Source: Carcharhinus longimanus
Taxonomy: Eukaryota
Reading direction: 5' to 3'
DNA length: 64,000 bases
NCBI GenBank assembly: GCA_030264375.1
Contig: JASCQW010000098.1
Span: 53,820,289 to 53,884,288 of the forward strand
This document shows, piece by piece, positions 1 to 12,944 of the stretch (positions are counted from its first letter, which is position 1; each line of letters starts with the position of its first letter). The position numbers and the translations under genes were made by a program. Under the pieces are notes generated by a model, which was given only the letters and a program-made list of their open reading frames with translations, was not told the origin of the DNA and did no database searches.

Positions 1-298
1 CAAAAGTAGGGGAGTCTAAAACTAGAGGGCATAGGTTTAAGGTGAGAGGGGAGAGATATAAAAGTGACCAGAGGGGCACTTTTTTCACACAGAGAGTGGT
101 GAGTGTCTGGAACAAGCTACCAGAGGTAATAGTATCTTTTAAAAAGCATTTAGATAGTTACATGAGTACGATGGGTATAGAGGGATAAGGGTCAAATGCG
201 GGAAATTGGGATTAGCTTAGGGGTTTTACAAAAAAGGGCAGCATGGACAAGTTGGGCCAAAGGGCCTGTTTCCATGCTGTAAACCTCTATGACTCTAT
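1..298 (+). mobile_element. CR1-type LINE 3' end (RT C-terminus plus 3' UTR)
   Basis: Encodes SKTRGHRFKVRGE...FFTQRVVSVWNKLP, typical of the CR1 ORF2 C-terminus. Ends in the tail CTCTATGACTCTATG. A related copy lies at 36385-36832. Confidence 0.9.
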
Positions 299-959
299 GT
301 TTTCCAAGTTATTTCTGACCATGTTTCTAGTTTTATGTCCACATGTAAGAGCACAGAAAAGTTTGGATATATTGTTAAGGGTGTTATGTGTAAAGTATTG
401 CGCAATAAAAATATGTAGATTGCTGCCATCCAAGTTACAGATAACAGTATTCAAAAGAGCTTGCAAAATGTCCAGCAGTCTGAACCTCCAATACATTTCT
501 AGGATTGCTCAGTTCATCCTGTAAGGTCACCTGGGGCCTCCTCACTTTTTAACCAGCCATGCTATAACCACTGGGATAACACTGCATAGGAAAAGTAGGA
601 TAGGCAAGATATGCACAAATGACAGGCACTGAGGGAATGCATAAGGAAGATTCATTGACTTTTGTGTGCAGTTCCGGAATGATTGCTTAATAAATTTGGT
701 TCAGAATGTTTGTTTTGTTGTGGCATTAATTTTAGCTTTGTGGCCAATTGGATGTCCTGAAGGTCAGTTGCAGAGGGAAGGTTAGGTGTGGGACTGTTGG
801 TGAATGGGGAAACATGGTTGCATTCACTGGTACTGCCACCACTTCAGGGTGTAAAGGGTGTAAAGGAGACAACGCAGATTCATGCATAGCTCCAACATGG
901 GATCCATTCTGTTTTGGCTCTGAACACAGGCAAATGGTCTACTCGCAAAAAAGAAAAAG

Positions 960-2170
960 TATTAGCAAAAATAGTTGGTTTGATCTGCTCAATAGGTAAA
1001 GGTAAGTGTGATAATGCTTCAGCATTTGTGTGGCACTCTGATTGATGGTACTTTATATGATACCTTATATTGTATAAGTATGCAAATAGGATCAGTAACC
1101 ATCTTTGTAATTGACTATCAGCTAAAAACGGTATGCCTTTATACAACCTAGAAATAGTGATTAAGTCTCAATAATCAGTCAATAGTGTGAAATGATGACC
1201 AGATAAATAATGATGAAACCTTTGTACACCAAAAATTATATTCAATATTTATTTTTCTAGCCAAGTATCGTTAGAATCAGCACTAGTCAGAGAATGTGAA
1301 GCAAAAGATATTGGTCGTTCTCCTGCCAACAGCATAATATGTGAAATTACTGCCCATACTCTGTAAGGTGAAGTATCGCAAGCAAGTAGTCATGGTAGCA
1401 TCAGATTAAAATGAACCAATACTTCAGACTTCTGCAAAGCATCTTTGAAATCCTTGTATGCTTTCTCACATTCTGTTGTGCAATCCCATGACTGTTTCAC
1501 ACATAGTAAACTATGCAATGACTTCAATAATGTAACTAAGTTGAGAACAAATTTACCATAACTTACTGATCCTAGAAAAGACTTCAGTCGCATCACATTC
1601 ATTGGCTGTGGTGTTTCTAAAATAGCATCTGTCTTTTTATGAGCTTTAAGTAGGCCTTTACTATCAGTTATATGACCCAAATACTGGACTGATGTCTGGA
1701 AAAAGTCACATTTTTCTTCCTTGATATGCAGACCATCTGCTTGAAGATGTTCCAGTGTTGCTTCTAAATTATTCAAGTACTCTTGTTCACTGAGCCCTGT
1801 AACTAGAATATCATCCAGATAACATCGTACACCAGAGAGACCATTTAAAATCTGATCCATCAATCTTTGGAATAGGGGTAGTGTGATTGTTATTCCAAAA
1901 GGCAATCTTTTATAACAAAAAGACCTTTATGAGTAACGATGGTAAGTAATGGTTGCAATTCAACAGCTACATTCATCTGTAAATACATTTGTGAAAGATC
2001 AATCTTGCTGAATTTCGGCCTAACTGATAACCCAGCAAGCAAATCTTCAATTAAAGGAAGTAGGTATTGATCAGCGCACAACACAGGATTGATTACCATT
2101 TTAAAATCACCACAAATACAAATCATCTGGTTTCATGATAGATACGATGGGAGTAGCCCAATCACTCAAG
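960..2170 (-). mobile_element. Decayed Gypsy (Ty3/Gypsy, Mag-like) pol fragment: RT plus RNase H
   Basis: Frameshifted ORFs: 1890-2126 (ICGDFK...QYLLPLIEDLL...FSKIDLSQMYLQ), 1390-1905 (MPFGI...FQRLMDQIL...YLDDILVTG) and 880-1146 (LQRWLLIL...NAEALSHLP). Confidence 0.9.
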
Positions 2171-2212
2171 GGCAGGCACTGAAATTGACAATCCACCTGA
2201 CCTATTGAAATA

Positions 2213-2330
2213 AAAAAAGTTTATTTATTAGTGTTACAAATAGGCTTACATTAACAATGCAATGAAATTACTGTGAAAATCCCCTAGTTGCTACACTGCA
2301 GCACCTGTTTAGGTACACTGAGGGAAAATT
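2213..2330 (-). mobile_element. 3' half of a SINE of the 'TAATAAATAAACTTT' tail subtype
   Basis: Reverse complement of the tails of the full copies at 54446-54722 and 55132-55438. Similar tail-only pieces at ~9286-9358 and ~54745-54818. Confidence 0.75.
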
Positions 2331-2864
2331 ACAACCATACCCAGGAAGACAACTGAACAACATGGAATCACTGCATCAAGACCAGCCAAAGAACAGTTAA
2401 CCATATACTGTTTGTATTATCTGCTTATTAACTGTAAAAAAAACCCGTTAAGTTATCCTCTTATCCTACTATCTACACCATAGCATGTATGTGGGCCCAG
2501 GGAATGTTTGTGACAAATGAATGGTGATTTGTCTAGCTTTTTTTAATTCAATAGGTAGTTTCAACGAACTCTTTAATTGAATTCAGAAAACCTGTCTGCC
2601 TTGTTCTTTATAATGTAAAAGCAAACATAGTTGGACCCCTGCAGTATTATCAAAGCATATCCTCCCTAAACTCTCAAAAAATCCTGACAGACCTGGAGAG
2701 GTAGAATGGGGGAATCATATCCTCTCCTCATGTTGTAGTAACATAGCACTAAAATGTTCCACTAAATATAAATCCGAGAACATGGACAATAAGAGTTAGA
2801 CAAAAAACATTTGAATGAACTTAACCTTTAAATTGACACCACCATATGGAAAGTAACTGCCTGG

Positions 2865-3596
2865 TGTAATGATACTGTGCTATTTTGATATGTTTTATGT
2901 TAAAAATGGGGCTACTTTAAGAAGCAGTGTTTTGCTACAAGAGTTGATTTTTCTGGTAAACATGCAGCAGATGCTAAGAAGGCAAGCTAATAATTGTTTT
3001 TAGCTAGGAATGTGCGTTACTTTGTAGAGCTAAAGGAGCTTTTGTTTATTTAGGTTCTCCTGAAATTTCAGGCAAGATATACAGAGTTATGTAGTTAATG
3101 GGAGGAGCTAAAATTGCAGAGAATGAATACTGTTTCAGTTTCATTTTAAAATACAATCGGTTGCTGCCTGGACTGCCAAAAGCAAGCAGTTTCCCTCCCT
3201 CTCTCTTGCTGAAAAATCCTGTCTGAGAACTCCAGGGCTGGTAACCTAAGTCACAGTAAGCATAGCTGTGCTTTACTAACCAATTTTAAAGAGGGGATTT
3301 AAGTCTATAAGAGGAATATTTCTTGAATTGGAATTTATAACTATAGGTTATCAGTTAAAACTTGTATCCTGTCATGTTTAAGTATTGTCCAATCATTAAA
3401 AATAAAGCGAATTCATTTGTTGTAGTTAAACTGTGTTGTTAAATATAGTTTGCTTTGATAAAAGCTTCCCAGTTTGTCAGTTAATTTGCAGCTGGATTGA
3501 AACATTTTATCTTCATACTAAACCAAAATAGAAAATTGTTAGGGCATAGCCTGATTTCATAACATACCTTGAGGTTTCTGATTTAGTAAACTAACA
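2865..3596. mobile_element. Solo LTR (same family as 13357-14075)
   Basis: Ends are TGTAAT...TAACA, flanked by CTGG/TTGG (4-bp TSD with one mismatch). Shares blocks such as TTTAAGTCTAT.AGAGGAATATT, TTGATAAAAGCTTCC and CATACCT with 13357-14075. Confidence 0.75.
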
Positions 3597-3699
3597 TTGG
3601 TGAGTGTTTATTTAAGTCTAAAGTTGATTTCTCTTAATTTTGCATCTTCTTTAGTGGTATTCCATCTTGAGATGATGATTTGTAGCATTGTAGTATATA

Positions 3700-4010
3700 T
3701 CACCTGGTGTGGCTCATACACTGTACTCTAGCATGGCAGTCTCTGCCACATTCGCTGCGGAGGAAAAAGGTAGGCTTGGGAGGTACATGATTTGCTGGCC
3801 TCCATTACCTCTGGGCCTTCCTTTTCTGCTTGCTACTCCTACTGCTCCTCCAGTCAATCTCCAGAGGTCATGGGTATCAATGACTGTTGCCCAGTTATTT
3901 ATGCCAATGCCCACCATCTTCATGTCTCGCTAGCAGGTATTCATGTAATGGAGATATGGCTATACAGGAGGCTGTGACCCAGTAAGCAGTTCAGTGCATG
4001 GCATCATCCA
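3700..4010 (-). mobile_element. RTE-like LINE C-terminal remnant
   Basis: Minus-strand translation PYLHYMNTC*RDMKMVGIGINNWATVIDTHDLWRL resembles the RTE C-terminal motif (RYKDxCKRDMK...W...DR..WR). Confidence 0.55.
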
Positions 4011-4864
4011 TCCTACTGTGTTTTTTGCCTCAGTGATATGCAGAGATGACTTTCATCAGCCTCTATGTGTGGACAGTGCTTTATTACATGCTTTCAAAAA
4101 TGTTTGCTTTCTCATGCCGACTGATTGGTTTCTGTTTCTCTGTAGCCACACCCACAGGCTTGATTCACAGCACACAGTACAGTGAGCAGTCAAACACCAA
4201 GCAACTGAACACAATGTTTTCATTAAACTATCCTTTACAACAAATATATGTACATCAAGTAATTTTTTAGAATTCAAAGTGTCTGTTTTTCCAAGTATGG
4301 AAATAGTCAATGTATGAAAGCCGCTGATGACAGCACTGAGGTCTACAAACTTTAAATTGCGGTTCTGCCTGGTCACATCAATGAGGCAAATAATCACCAT
4401 CATGGTCGCTCATTGGAAAAGGAAATGTATCCTCATTCCAACTCGCTTTGAAATATCCTGTTCTACTTGCTATCAAACATTTCTACTTCCATTTTCGTCA
4501 TTATTCAACAACTTTGGTACCCAGCAACCACTTGATCTGCTTTGATCCAGATAGAGGCGATACGAGCTTGTGGTCAGAATTTAAGCATTTGATGCAAACC
4601 AAATTCCAATTTCAAATCAGGGTTTCTTGCGTGTGTTCATTTGTTGAAGTATGCTTTTACTTCACCTAATTGCTTTGCTGTTTCTTCCGCTTTTACTCTG
4701 ACATTCATGTTGGATAGCGATGACAGCTTAAGAATGGTCGACAATATGCGAATGTTAAGACCATCATAAGTTTGGCCTTTCTGGTCAGAGTGTGTTGGCT
4801 CGATTGATATGTTCAGAGTAGGACTATTAACAGATTGTTCAAGCATTTTCCTCTCTAACATACT

Positions 4865-6186
4865 GGGTGGAATTTTACTGTCACTTTATGCCCATTTTGT
4901 GGTGGGACAATGCCATAAAATCAGGCATAAAGCCGCTAGCATATGACCAGTGTGATCACACCCGAAATTCTGGCATGGTCAACCTTTCACCAGAAATGGG
5001 CGAGAGGCTGATTAATTTATTTCAATTTATTGAAATCATGTTTTGAATGTGTTTAGCGAGCCCAGTGCTCAATCGGCTGGGCTCGCGTGCCTTAATGGTC
5101 TTGCCAGGAGACCTTCTGTCCTGCGAGGAAAACTCCTGCTGCCCATGAATATGAACAGTCATGTTAACCTCACCAGTAAAACTAGAGGCCATTGAAGCCC
5201 ACTGGGGAGGTTGAGTGAAGATGAGGATGCCCCTTGGGCAGTGCCAGGCTGGCGCCTGGGCAATGCCAGCCTGGCACCTGGGCATTGACCACAGGGCAGT
5301 GTCAGGGAGTGGGGCCAATGGGGGTTGGGCCTGTGGGGCAGTATTAGCGGACGGGGTCAATGGTGGCAGGGCCTTGGGGGGACAGTGCCAGGGATGGGGC
5401 CAGTGGGGGTGGGGGAGGAGGGGCCTGTGGGAGCAAGGGCTGCGGGAGAGGGGGGCTTGCTGCCCCACCATGCGATCAGTCGGGGAGGGCAGCACGTTAC
5501 GATCGTTGGGGGACTGAGGGGTTCCACNNNNNNNNNNNNNNNNNNNNNNNNNNNNNNNNNNNNNNNNNNNNNNNNNNNNNNNNNNNNNNNNNNNNNNNNN
5601 NNNNNNNNNNNNNNNNNNNNNNNNNNNGGCCGGGGGTGGGGCCGGGGGGGGGGGGGGGGGGGGGGGCGGGGGGGAGCAGGGGCGGGGGGAGTGGGGGGCT
5701 TGCTGCCACACCATGCGATCAGTAGGGGAGGGCAGCAAGTTACGATCGTTGGGGGAATGAGGGGTTCCACAATCAGTGGAGGATGGAGGGAGCCTGTGAT
5801 TGGTGAGGGAGGGAGGAAGTCCACGATCTGTCTAGGTGGTGAGGCCTGAATCTCGGGCTGCAAGCTGTCATGATTGTGGGGGTGGGAATTGCTCTTTGAG
5901 ACTGCCTGCAGTAGCAGGGGCCTGACAGCTCTCTCTGTGTCTGTCAGATCCCTGCTACTGTTATTGTACACGTGCAGCATCAGAGATCTGCAGATGCGCA
6001 ATGCTTCCATCTACAGGCTATCTGGCAAGTTAAGCCCCATCCACACCCTCTCTGGCTGGAAACTCACTAGTCCATCTTTTTAGAGACAGAGTGCGTAAGA
6101 TTCAGTGTGAAAACTCGCTCAAAAAATGGATCTGAAACTTTTCAAATCAGCTGTACACTTAGAAAAAATCTCGTAAAATTCTGCCC
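4865..6186. mobile_element. Non-autonomous TIR DNA transposon (PIF/Harbinger-like)
   Basis: 14-bp TIRs GGGTGGAATTTTAC (4865) and GTAAAATTCTGCCC (ends 6186), with a 3-bp TSD ACT on both sides. G-rich non-coding interior spans an N gap. Confidence 0.75.
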
Positions 6187-6189
6187 ACT

Positions 6190-9170
6190 AGATCTCAAGC
6201 TGCCCTTGATCACTCTATTGAATCATTTGAAGCTACCATTTGATTAAGTGTTGTACCGCAATGTCAGATGGTGGAGAACTTGTAGCTTGCTCCGAACTCT
6301 GGGAACTGACTAGAAACAAATAACAGTCCATTGTCTGTAGTGATAGTCTTCAATAAACACCGTTTTGTAAATAACTTGTCTAGAATGTCAATGACTGAAA
6401 TGATGGTTGTGGAATTTGTTGTNNNNNNNNNNNNNNNNNNNNNNNNNNNNNNNNNNNNNNNNNNNNNNNNNNNNNNNNNNNNNNNNNNNNNNNNNNNNNN
6501 NNNNNNNNNNNNNNNNNNNNNNNNNTGGCCATATCATCAGTTATAGAGATGTGGGACACAGTTCAATAAATTTTTCACGGTGTGAATACTGTACGCAGTT
6601 TATAATGAATTCCTCTGTACAGTGATTTATTGCTGGCCACCAGACTGCTTCACAGGATTGTTGTTTCATCTCAACAACACCCACATATCCTGCATGGCTA
6701 AAATGCAATACACGTTGTTGTTGCACTTTTGGGATAAGTTGTCACCAAATGATGTGAACTCATTGTGTATTCTGTCGTGTGTGAGGTATTGGTGTACTTT
6801 CTGCAATATATTGTCATCGATTCTGCTTTCAACTCCACTTGCATGGCAAGATTCATGGTTACATGTGAAATCACTGCAATCACATTGCCTTCAACGTTGT
6901 AAGTCACTTTGTTATCATTAACCTGGCTGTGATAGTAATACTGCTAAATATGTCAGCTACTTGATTATGTGGACTTGCAAGATACTCAACCTTGATGTAA
7001 TATTGATAAAGATGATCTGAGCATCTGTAGATGCATAGAGGTCGATGATCAGACCCTGAGGTGCCTAACAGCGCTTGGCGATCTGCGCAGAGAGTGAACT
7101 TTCTATTGCAGAGATACATATGCCAATGTTCACAAACATTGATGAAGACTAGTGCTTCCCACTCTCCAGAAAAGTATTTACATTCAGTTTCCAACAACAG
7201 GCATGATGTGTACACAATTGACCATTCATTTCCTTCAATGTACTGTGAGAGTTCTATCACAAATCTTGATGCACCAGTTGTGATATATGTTTTCCGCAAG
7301 GACCGGCAGAGAAGCTAAATTCATCTTTAACATATCAAATACTGTTTGCTGTGCACTTGTCCATTCCCATTGTGCATCTTTGCAAATAATTTTTGAAGAG
7401 GCTCAGCAGTCTCTGTATACTTAAGAACAAACTTATGATACAAATTGGCAACACTGAGGAATGATACCAACTCTCATTCATGCTAGAGGACCACAAGTGC
7501 ATGAATAACTTTGATGGTATTGTGTGTAGACTTTACTCCAGCTTCAGTCACTCAGTGCCCTAGAAAATTGATCTCAAATGATGTGAATGTGCATTTGTCT
7601 TTTCCAAGCATCAAATTGTGTTGTGTGAGCACCTTTGATAACCTTTTGTCATAGTTGGTTTTGCCCCTTGCGTGGACAACAATATCATTAAGTAGGTTGG
7701 CATCCCCTCAATATCTGACAAGACTGAAGAAATGATCCTCTGAAATGCACTAAGTGCTGAACTTAGCCCATAGAACATTCTGTGGTACTGAAGCACACCT
7801 ATTGAGTTAAAAAAAAGTGGTAAGATATCAGCCTTGCCCTACCAGTAGTATCTGAAGATAGCTCCATCACATGTCAACACATTTCGGCACATAAAATGAC
7901 ACCGACAGTTCTTTGATCAAAAGAAATGGTTACAAGTCTGAAATTGTTGCTATGTTGACTGCCTTATTGTTGTATGGTCTAACCTGGCTATTTTTGCATT
8001 GTACAATGATTAAGTTCAGTATGTATGGGAATGAGTTGATTCCCTCTGCTTCAAGTCGTTTCAGCTCCTGGGACACTTAGGCAGAGATCACAAATGGAAA
8101 CTATCTCAGATTTTATGAAACTAATGGAATTAGTGCATCAATGCAAGCAACATGGCAGTATCCCTTAATCTCATCAAACAAGCAAATAAGAAAGAATTTT
8201 CTTGTATATAGTCAGTGTCTTTGATCACATTCGTGTGTGTTCAAGTGGTGTGTCAAGTTTATCAAAGAGGTTTACCCCTACAAGATTTCTGCCTTTGGCA
8301 GTGAAGAACATGAACTTGTCTAGGTTAATACTTTTGTAGCACACTGGAACTGTGGTCATTCCCAAAGCTGGAATAATTAGTCATCGTAAGCTTGAAGAGT
8401 GAGAGAAAGTTGTAAAAGATAATGATGGTAATATTTGTCACTCAACGTCAATACTTTTAATGAAGAGTGACACTGCACTCTCTTGGTCTCTACTGTGCAA
8501 TTGTCAAAATGCTCTGGGGTTTTACAGTTTGTGTTGATATACATGTGCTGTATTTCACTCTCAAAATGGGTTTCTTCACTGTCGAACTGATGAAGTCGTT
8601 GTTTCCGAAGACCTGAGCACCTTTACAAAGTGATTCATTTTTAAGCATGAATTACACTTTTTCTCTCAAGCTGGCCATGGTTTGGGACTCAATTGGTGTT
8701 AGAACATTTCCACAATTTGGGCAAATTTCTTTGGCTGAACCTATTAAGGTCTCTTTGTCTGTAACCACTGCACTTGAGCTAGTTGGACAAGTTAATAACG
8801 CCATAAGAATGAGGCTGCATTTTTGTGTAACCTCTTCAAATTAAATGTGGAGGATTTGATTTGGACTGTCAAGAGGAAACTTAATTCTTGGAATTAAAGT
8901 TATTTTCATTAATTAATTAGTATGCCAAATTTAAATGTAGAAGGCAACTGCCGGAACATTGCCACTTATTGTTTTATGGGCTCACCATTTTCCCAGCATG
9001 TCTGGTAGAATGTATATCTTTCAATCACCACACTTTCCTTTGGCCTGAAATATTTTTCAAGAGCACTTACCATTGGATCAACATAAACATGCCTTCTCTG
9101 AGATGCTGAAATACTTGCAGTCTTCAGTTCTGAATTTCCCATTTTGATATAAATCAAGTTTGACAATTAA
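6190..9170 (-). mobile_element. Decayed Gypsy gag-pol (gag, protease region, RT, RNase H, integrase)
   Basis: Gag-like ALEKYFRPKESVVIERYTFYQ (8966-9166). RT HRMFYGLSSALSAFQRII (7611-7796). RNase H ETECKYFSGEWEALVF...CEHWHMYLCNRKFTL (6904-7299). Integrase zinc region HAGYVGVVEMKQQSCEAVWWPAI (6541-6726). Domain order is Gypsy-type. Confidence 0.85.
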
Positions 9171-10849
9171 GTAATAAACTCACAATGACAAACAATCTAA
9201 CAAACACTCTGGCCCCAATATTTTCACGAAGAATACAGGGAAGTATAGCATTATGGAGGAAATCCACAAGATATGGAGGTCATTAAGTTTAAGTTTGTTT
9301 ATTATTCACAAGTAAGGCTTACATTAACACTGCAATGAAGTTATTGTGAAATTCACCTGATCAATTATCATTGATCACAGAGTTGGCTGGAGATCATGGG
9401 TAGTGCAGAGGAACTTTGAGGGTGGGGAGCTGTTGATTTTCCAATGAGGGGAGACCATGATTGACAGATCATATCTGTCAAGGATGAAGATTTTCTTGAA
9501 GTGCTGGATGACGCTTTCTTGCTCATCCTGGGAGACAACTGCTTCCTCGCCATTTTGCTGTCAGGTTTCTGGAGGCCTGGGAAATTCAGTTGGCAACTAT
9601 TTTGTTTAAATCAGACTCCATATTTCACTTTGGGAACCTGATTTAAATATTACAATGAAGTGTCCTGTTTCTTCATGATGGGAAACACAAATACAAACCA
9701 CACAATCCATCACTGTGAAAATGATGGGAACAAATTCCCCAACTTCAAATTTTCAGCAACACACACCAACCCCTATAAAATTGAAATGCAGTCCTCAGTG
9801 CAATGTGTTCTAGAGCCAATCATGGGTGCTAAGACCCAACGGCCTGTGCAAAATACCTAACAAATTGGTCAGAAAGGCCTGATCACGTTAAGAACTTGCT
9901 GGGCTCAATCTGACCCTGAATTTTGAATTCCAAGCAAGTTTTGGGTGGGTGGATAATGAGCTCAGTTAAAAGCTCACCTGCTACTCCAGTAATGAGGCCC
10001 AGGCTACTTTAACTTCTGTACCTCATTTAAATCCCATTAGCCAATTGTTCATCCGAAACAGGCAGGAAGTCATCAGCTTGGAAAAAATATATGGCCTACC
10101 AGCATCAGGAAGGTGTCAAAATCTTCTAGTCCATCTCACTCAGCCCTCTGCATGTGATATAGATAAATCAATTGCCTAAGCTTTCTTATGGGGCCCAGAA
10201 GAGCACTAATCTGACCTCAGTTCCTGGTCCTGTCGTTTTCTGATGGAAAAGACAACAGCTTCCCAGTTTGGACCAGCAGTTACAATTGCATTCAGTTTCT
10301 AATGATGTAATCAGGCCCCAACATGCAAAAAAGGCCCTGCCAGCTTTGACAGGAACTCAGTGTAGATGGTTAAAGCTAGGAACAATGGGTTCTTGGCACC
10401 TTTTGATAACACCTGGTGAGTTACTTTTGATGGATGTTTTGTTTGCAGCTATTTCTGTATTTTTTTGTGTATTGTCTTTTGAAGTGTTAATATATTTAAC
10501 TAGTCATATGTTTTGCAAACTTTTAAGACAGTGTCCTAGAAATGTTTTTGTGTGAATTGCTACACTGATGCACATCACAATTTCAATGGATTGTTCTGAT
10601 GACAAATCTATCATCTTGCTTTTATCCATTCTGTTAGGCAATTAATGAAGGAGGAGATGTCTCGTCTGTCTCTCTCTGACGCTCTTTTTCCCTCCCAATA
10701 AGTCAGGCCATAGATATGGGGATGTCATCAGTTATCCAGAATTTAGGTATATCTGGCTAAGCATGAATAATTTTTCCATATCCTTTCCAACGGTTCCTCT
10801 CATATTTTAAAGCAAATTTGGATTACCCTACTTCAGTCTATTTTCTGTC

Positions 10850-10984
10850 ATAGAATCATAGAATATCTTCAGTGTAAAAGGAGGCCATACTGCCCATCAA
10901 GTCTGCATCAACAACAAAAGAAATGGCAAAGGTGATAGCGGATGCCTTAGTAATTATTTATCAAAATTCGCTGGACTCTGGGGA
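10850..10984. mobile_element. SINE/CR1 tail (minus) abutting a CR1 ORF2 fragment (plus) next to a gap
   Basis: ATAGAATCATAGAA tail on the minus strand, then MAKVIADALVIIYQNSLDSG, a CR1 pre-RT motif. Confidence 0.6.
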
Positions 10985-11769
10985 NNNNNNNNNNNNNNNN
11001 NNNNNNNNNNNNNNNNNNNNNNNNNNNNNNNNNNNNNNNNNNNNNNNNNNNNNNNNNNNNNNNNNNNNNNNNNNNNNNNNNNNNTTTTCTCTACTTCACA
11101 AATTTGCAATAAGGTTGAGCTTGGAACCCCAGTGTTTTGCCTCTTGTACACTCCCCTCTCTCAAGTGGGAAATAACACGCAGCACACCACACCCCCATCT
11201 GTCAGCCTTTAAATCAATAATATTTAATTTAATCAAATACTCAATATTTACAAAATAATGTTATCTTGCTACAACAACACATGAGACTATAAATACAAAC
11301 GCTAATGCCAATTTTGTCATCAGTTAATGTATTTTCTCCACAATTGCCACTGTTTTACTCAGCATTAATATTATTATTGAACGTCTTTGTTGTTTTAACT
11401 TTCCAACAGAAGAGCTCAGGACTGTCAAGTGGAAATCTGCTTCCAGTCAGCATCCTTGCGCCTCATATCTGTTTACAACTAATTACTAATAGCTCAATCC
11501 GAACTGTCCTGAGAGAAGTACAAATCGTTGCTGAGTGATTTGAAAGGCTCTCCGTTACATAACCTCCCTAGTGCATTAGGTAATATATACCCTGAGTCAC
11601 TTTATTCCTACTTACGTGGTAGCCACTTGACAAATATCAGCTTGTGTTCACGGTTATTTGTATTGAATATCTCAAATAAGTTTCCAATTAAATCTAGTTT
11701 ATCTTGTAATGAAATATTCATTTTGTAAAGTGTACAAGGTGCAGTAATAAAAAGCAAAAAAAAACCCTT

Positions 11770-11935
11770 AAATTTATATAGCACCTTTCATGACCTCCAA
11801 GTGCCCCTCGTGTATTTTTGCAGCCAAGAGTATTTTGAAGTGAAGTCACTATTGTAACGCAGGAAATATGCCAGCCAATTTGGACACAGGTTGATTCCAC
11901 AATTAGGAATGTGATAAATGACTAGATAACCTATT
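11770..11935 (-). mobile_element. DeuSINE/SacSINE-like relic
   Basis: TATATAGCACCTTTCATGACC...GAAGTCACTATTGTAA...GCCAGCCAATTTG matches the recalled reverse 3' part of the AmnSINE/SacSINE family. Homologous to 12945-13100 and 37385-37680. Confidence 0.6.
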
Positions 11936-12361
11936 CATAGAATTCCTACAGTGCAGAAGGCAGCCATTCAGCCCATCAAGTCTGCACTGACAACAATCCC
12001 ACCCAGGCCCTATCCCCATACCCCTTATATCTCTATGATTGACTCTATGATACTGTGATAATTGGCATTGTTGTATTTACGGCAGACTCTAAATCCACAT
12101 TTTTAAAATTACAGTCGCAACTGTTGACTTGATCAAAGAGACTTTACTGCAAAATAAGGATCTTTATAATTTGAACCTTGTTGTCTTGCTTACAATGGCT
12201 GGAATTTCCTTGGTTTTGCATGCTTCGCTACCGCTGGGAACGGAAAATATGGCACTCTTCCAAATCTCCATTCACAGCAACAGGATGAATTTTTATGGAT
12301 AAAGTACATTTTTACAAAAAAAAAATTTGAACTGTTGGGTACCGTGTTAAAACTTAGATTC

Positions 12362-12868
12362 AGCTATGACTCTCACCAACTTTCACAGCTGCACCATAGA
12401 AAGTATTCTTTCTGGTTGTATCACAACTTGGTATGGTTCCTGCTCTGCCCAAGACTGCAAGAAACTGCAAAGGGTTGTGAATGAAGACCAGTTCATCATG
12501 CGAAACAGCTTATCATCCATTGACTCTGTCTACAATTCCTGCTGCCTCAAAAGCAGGCAACATAATTAAGGATCTCATGCACCCTGGATTTTCTGTCTTC
12601 CACCTTCATCCGTCAGAAAAAAAGATACAAAAGTCTGAGATCACATAGCTACCGACTCCAGAATAGCTTCTTCCCTGCTGCCATCAGACTTTTGAACAGG
12701 TCTACCTTGCATTAAGCTGACCTTTCTCTACATCTTAGCTATGACTGTAGCACTACATTCTGCACACTCTCTTTTCATTCTTTATGGTATGCTTTGTCTG
12801 TATCGTGCACAAGTAGTATTCTTTTCACTGCATACTAATGCATGTGACAATAATAAATCAAATCAAAT
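12362..12868 (+). mobile_element. Rex1/Babar-like LINE 3' end
   Basis: MTLTNFHSCTIESILSGCITTWYGSCSAQDCKKLQRVV and tail AATAAATCAAATCAAAT. Related minus-strand pieces at ~43770-43885 and 63078-63405. Confidence 0.8.
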
Positions 12869-12944
12869 TCTTTGGCAAACCAAAGCACGAGGTTTAAACT
12901 TTAAGACTGACGGGAATCTTATTTTGTTAGTGGCCAAAGGAAAG

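Noticed and set aside
5022-6010. Long proline- and glycine-rich ORFs
   Set aside because: They are translations of G/C runs and an N gap inside a TIR element, open in several frames on both strands.
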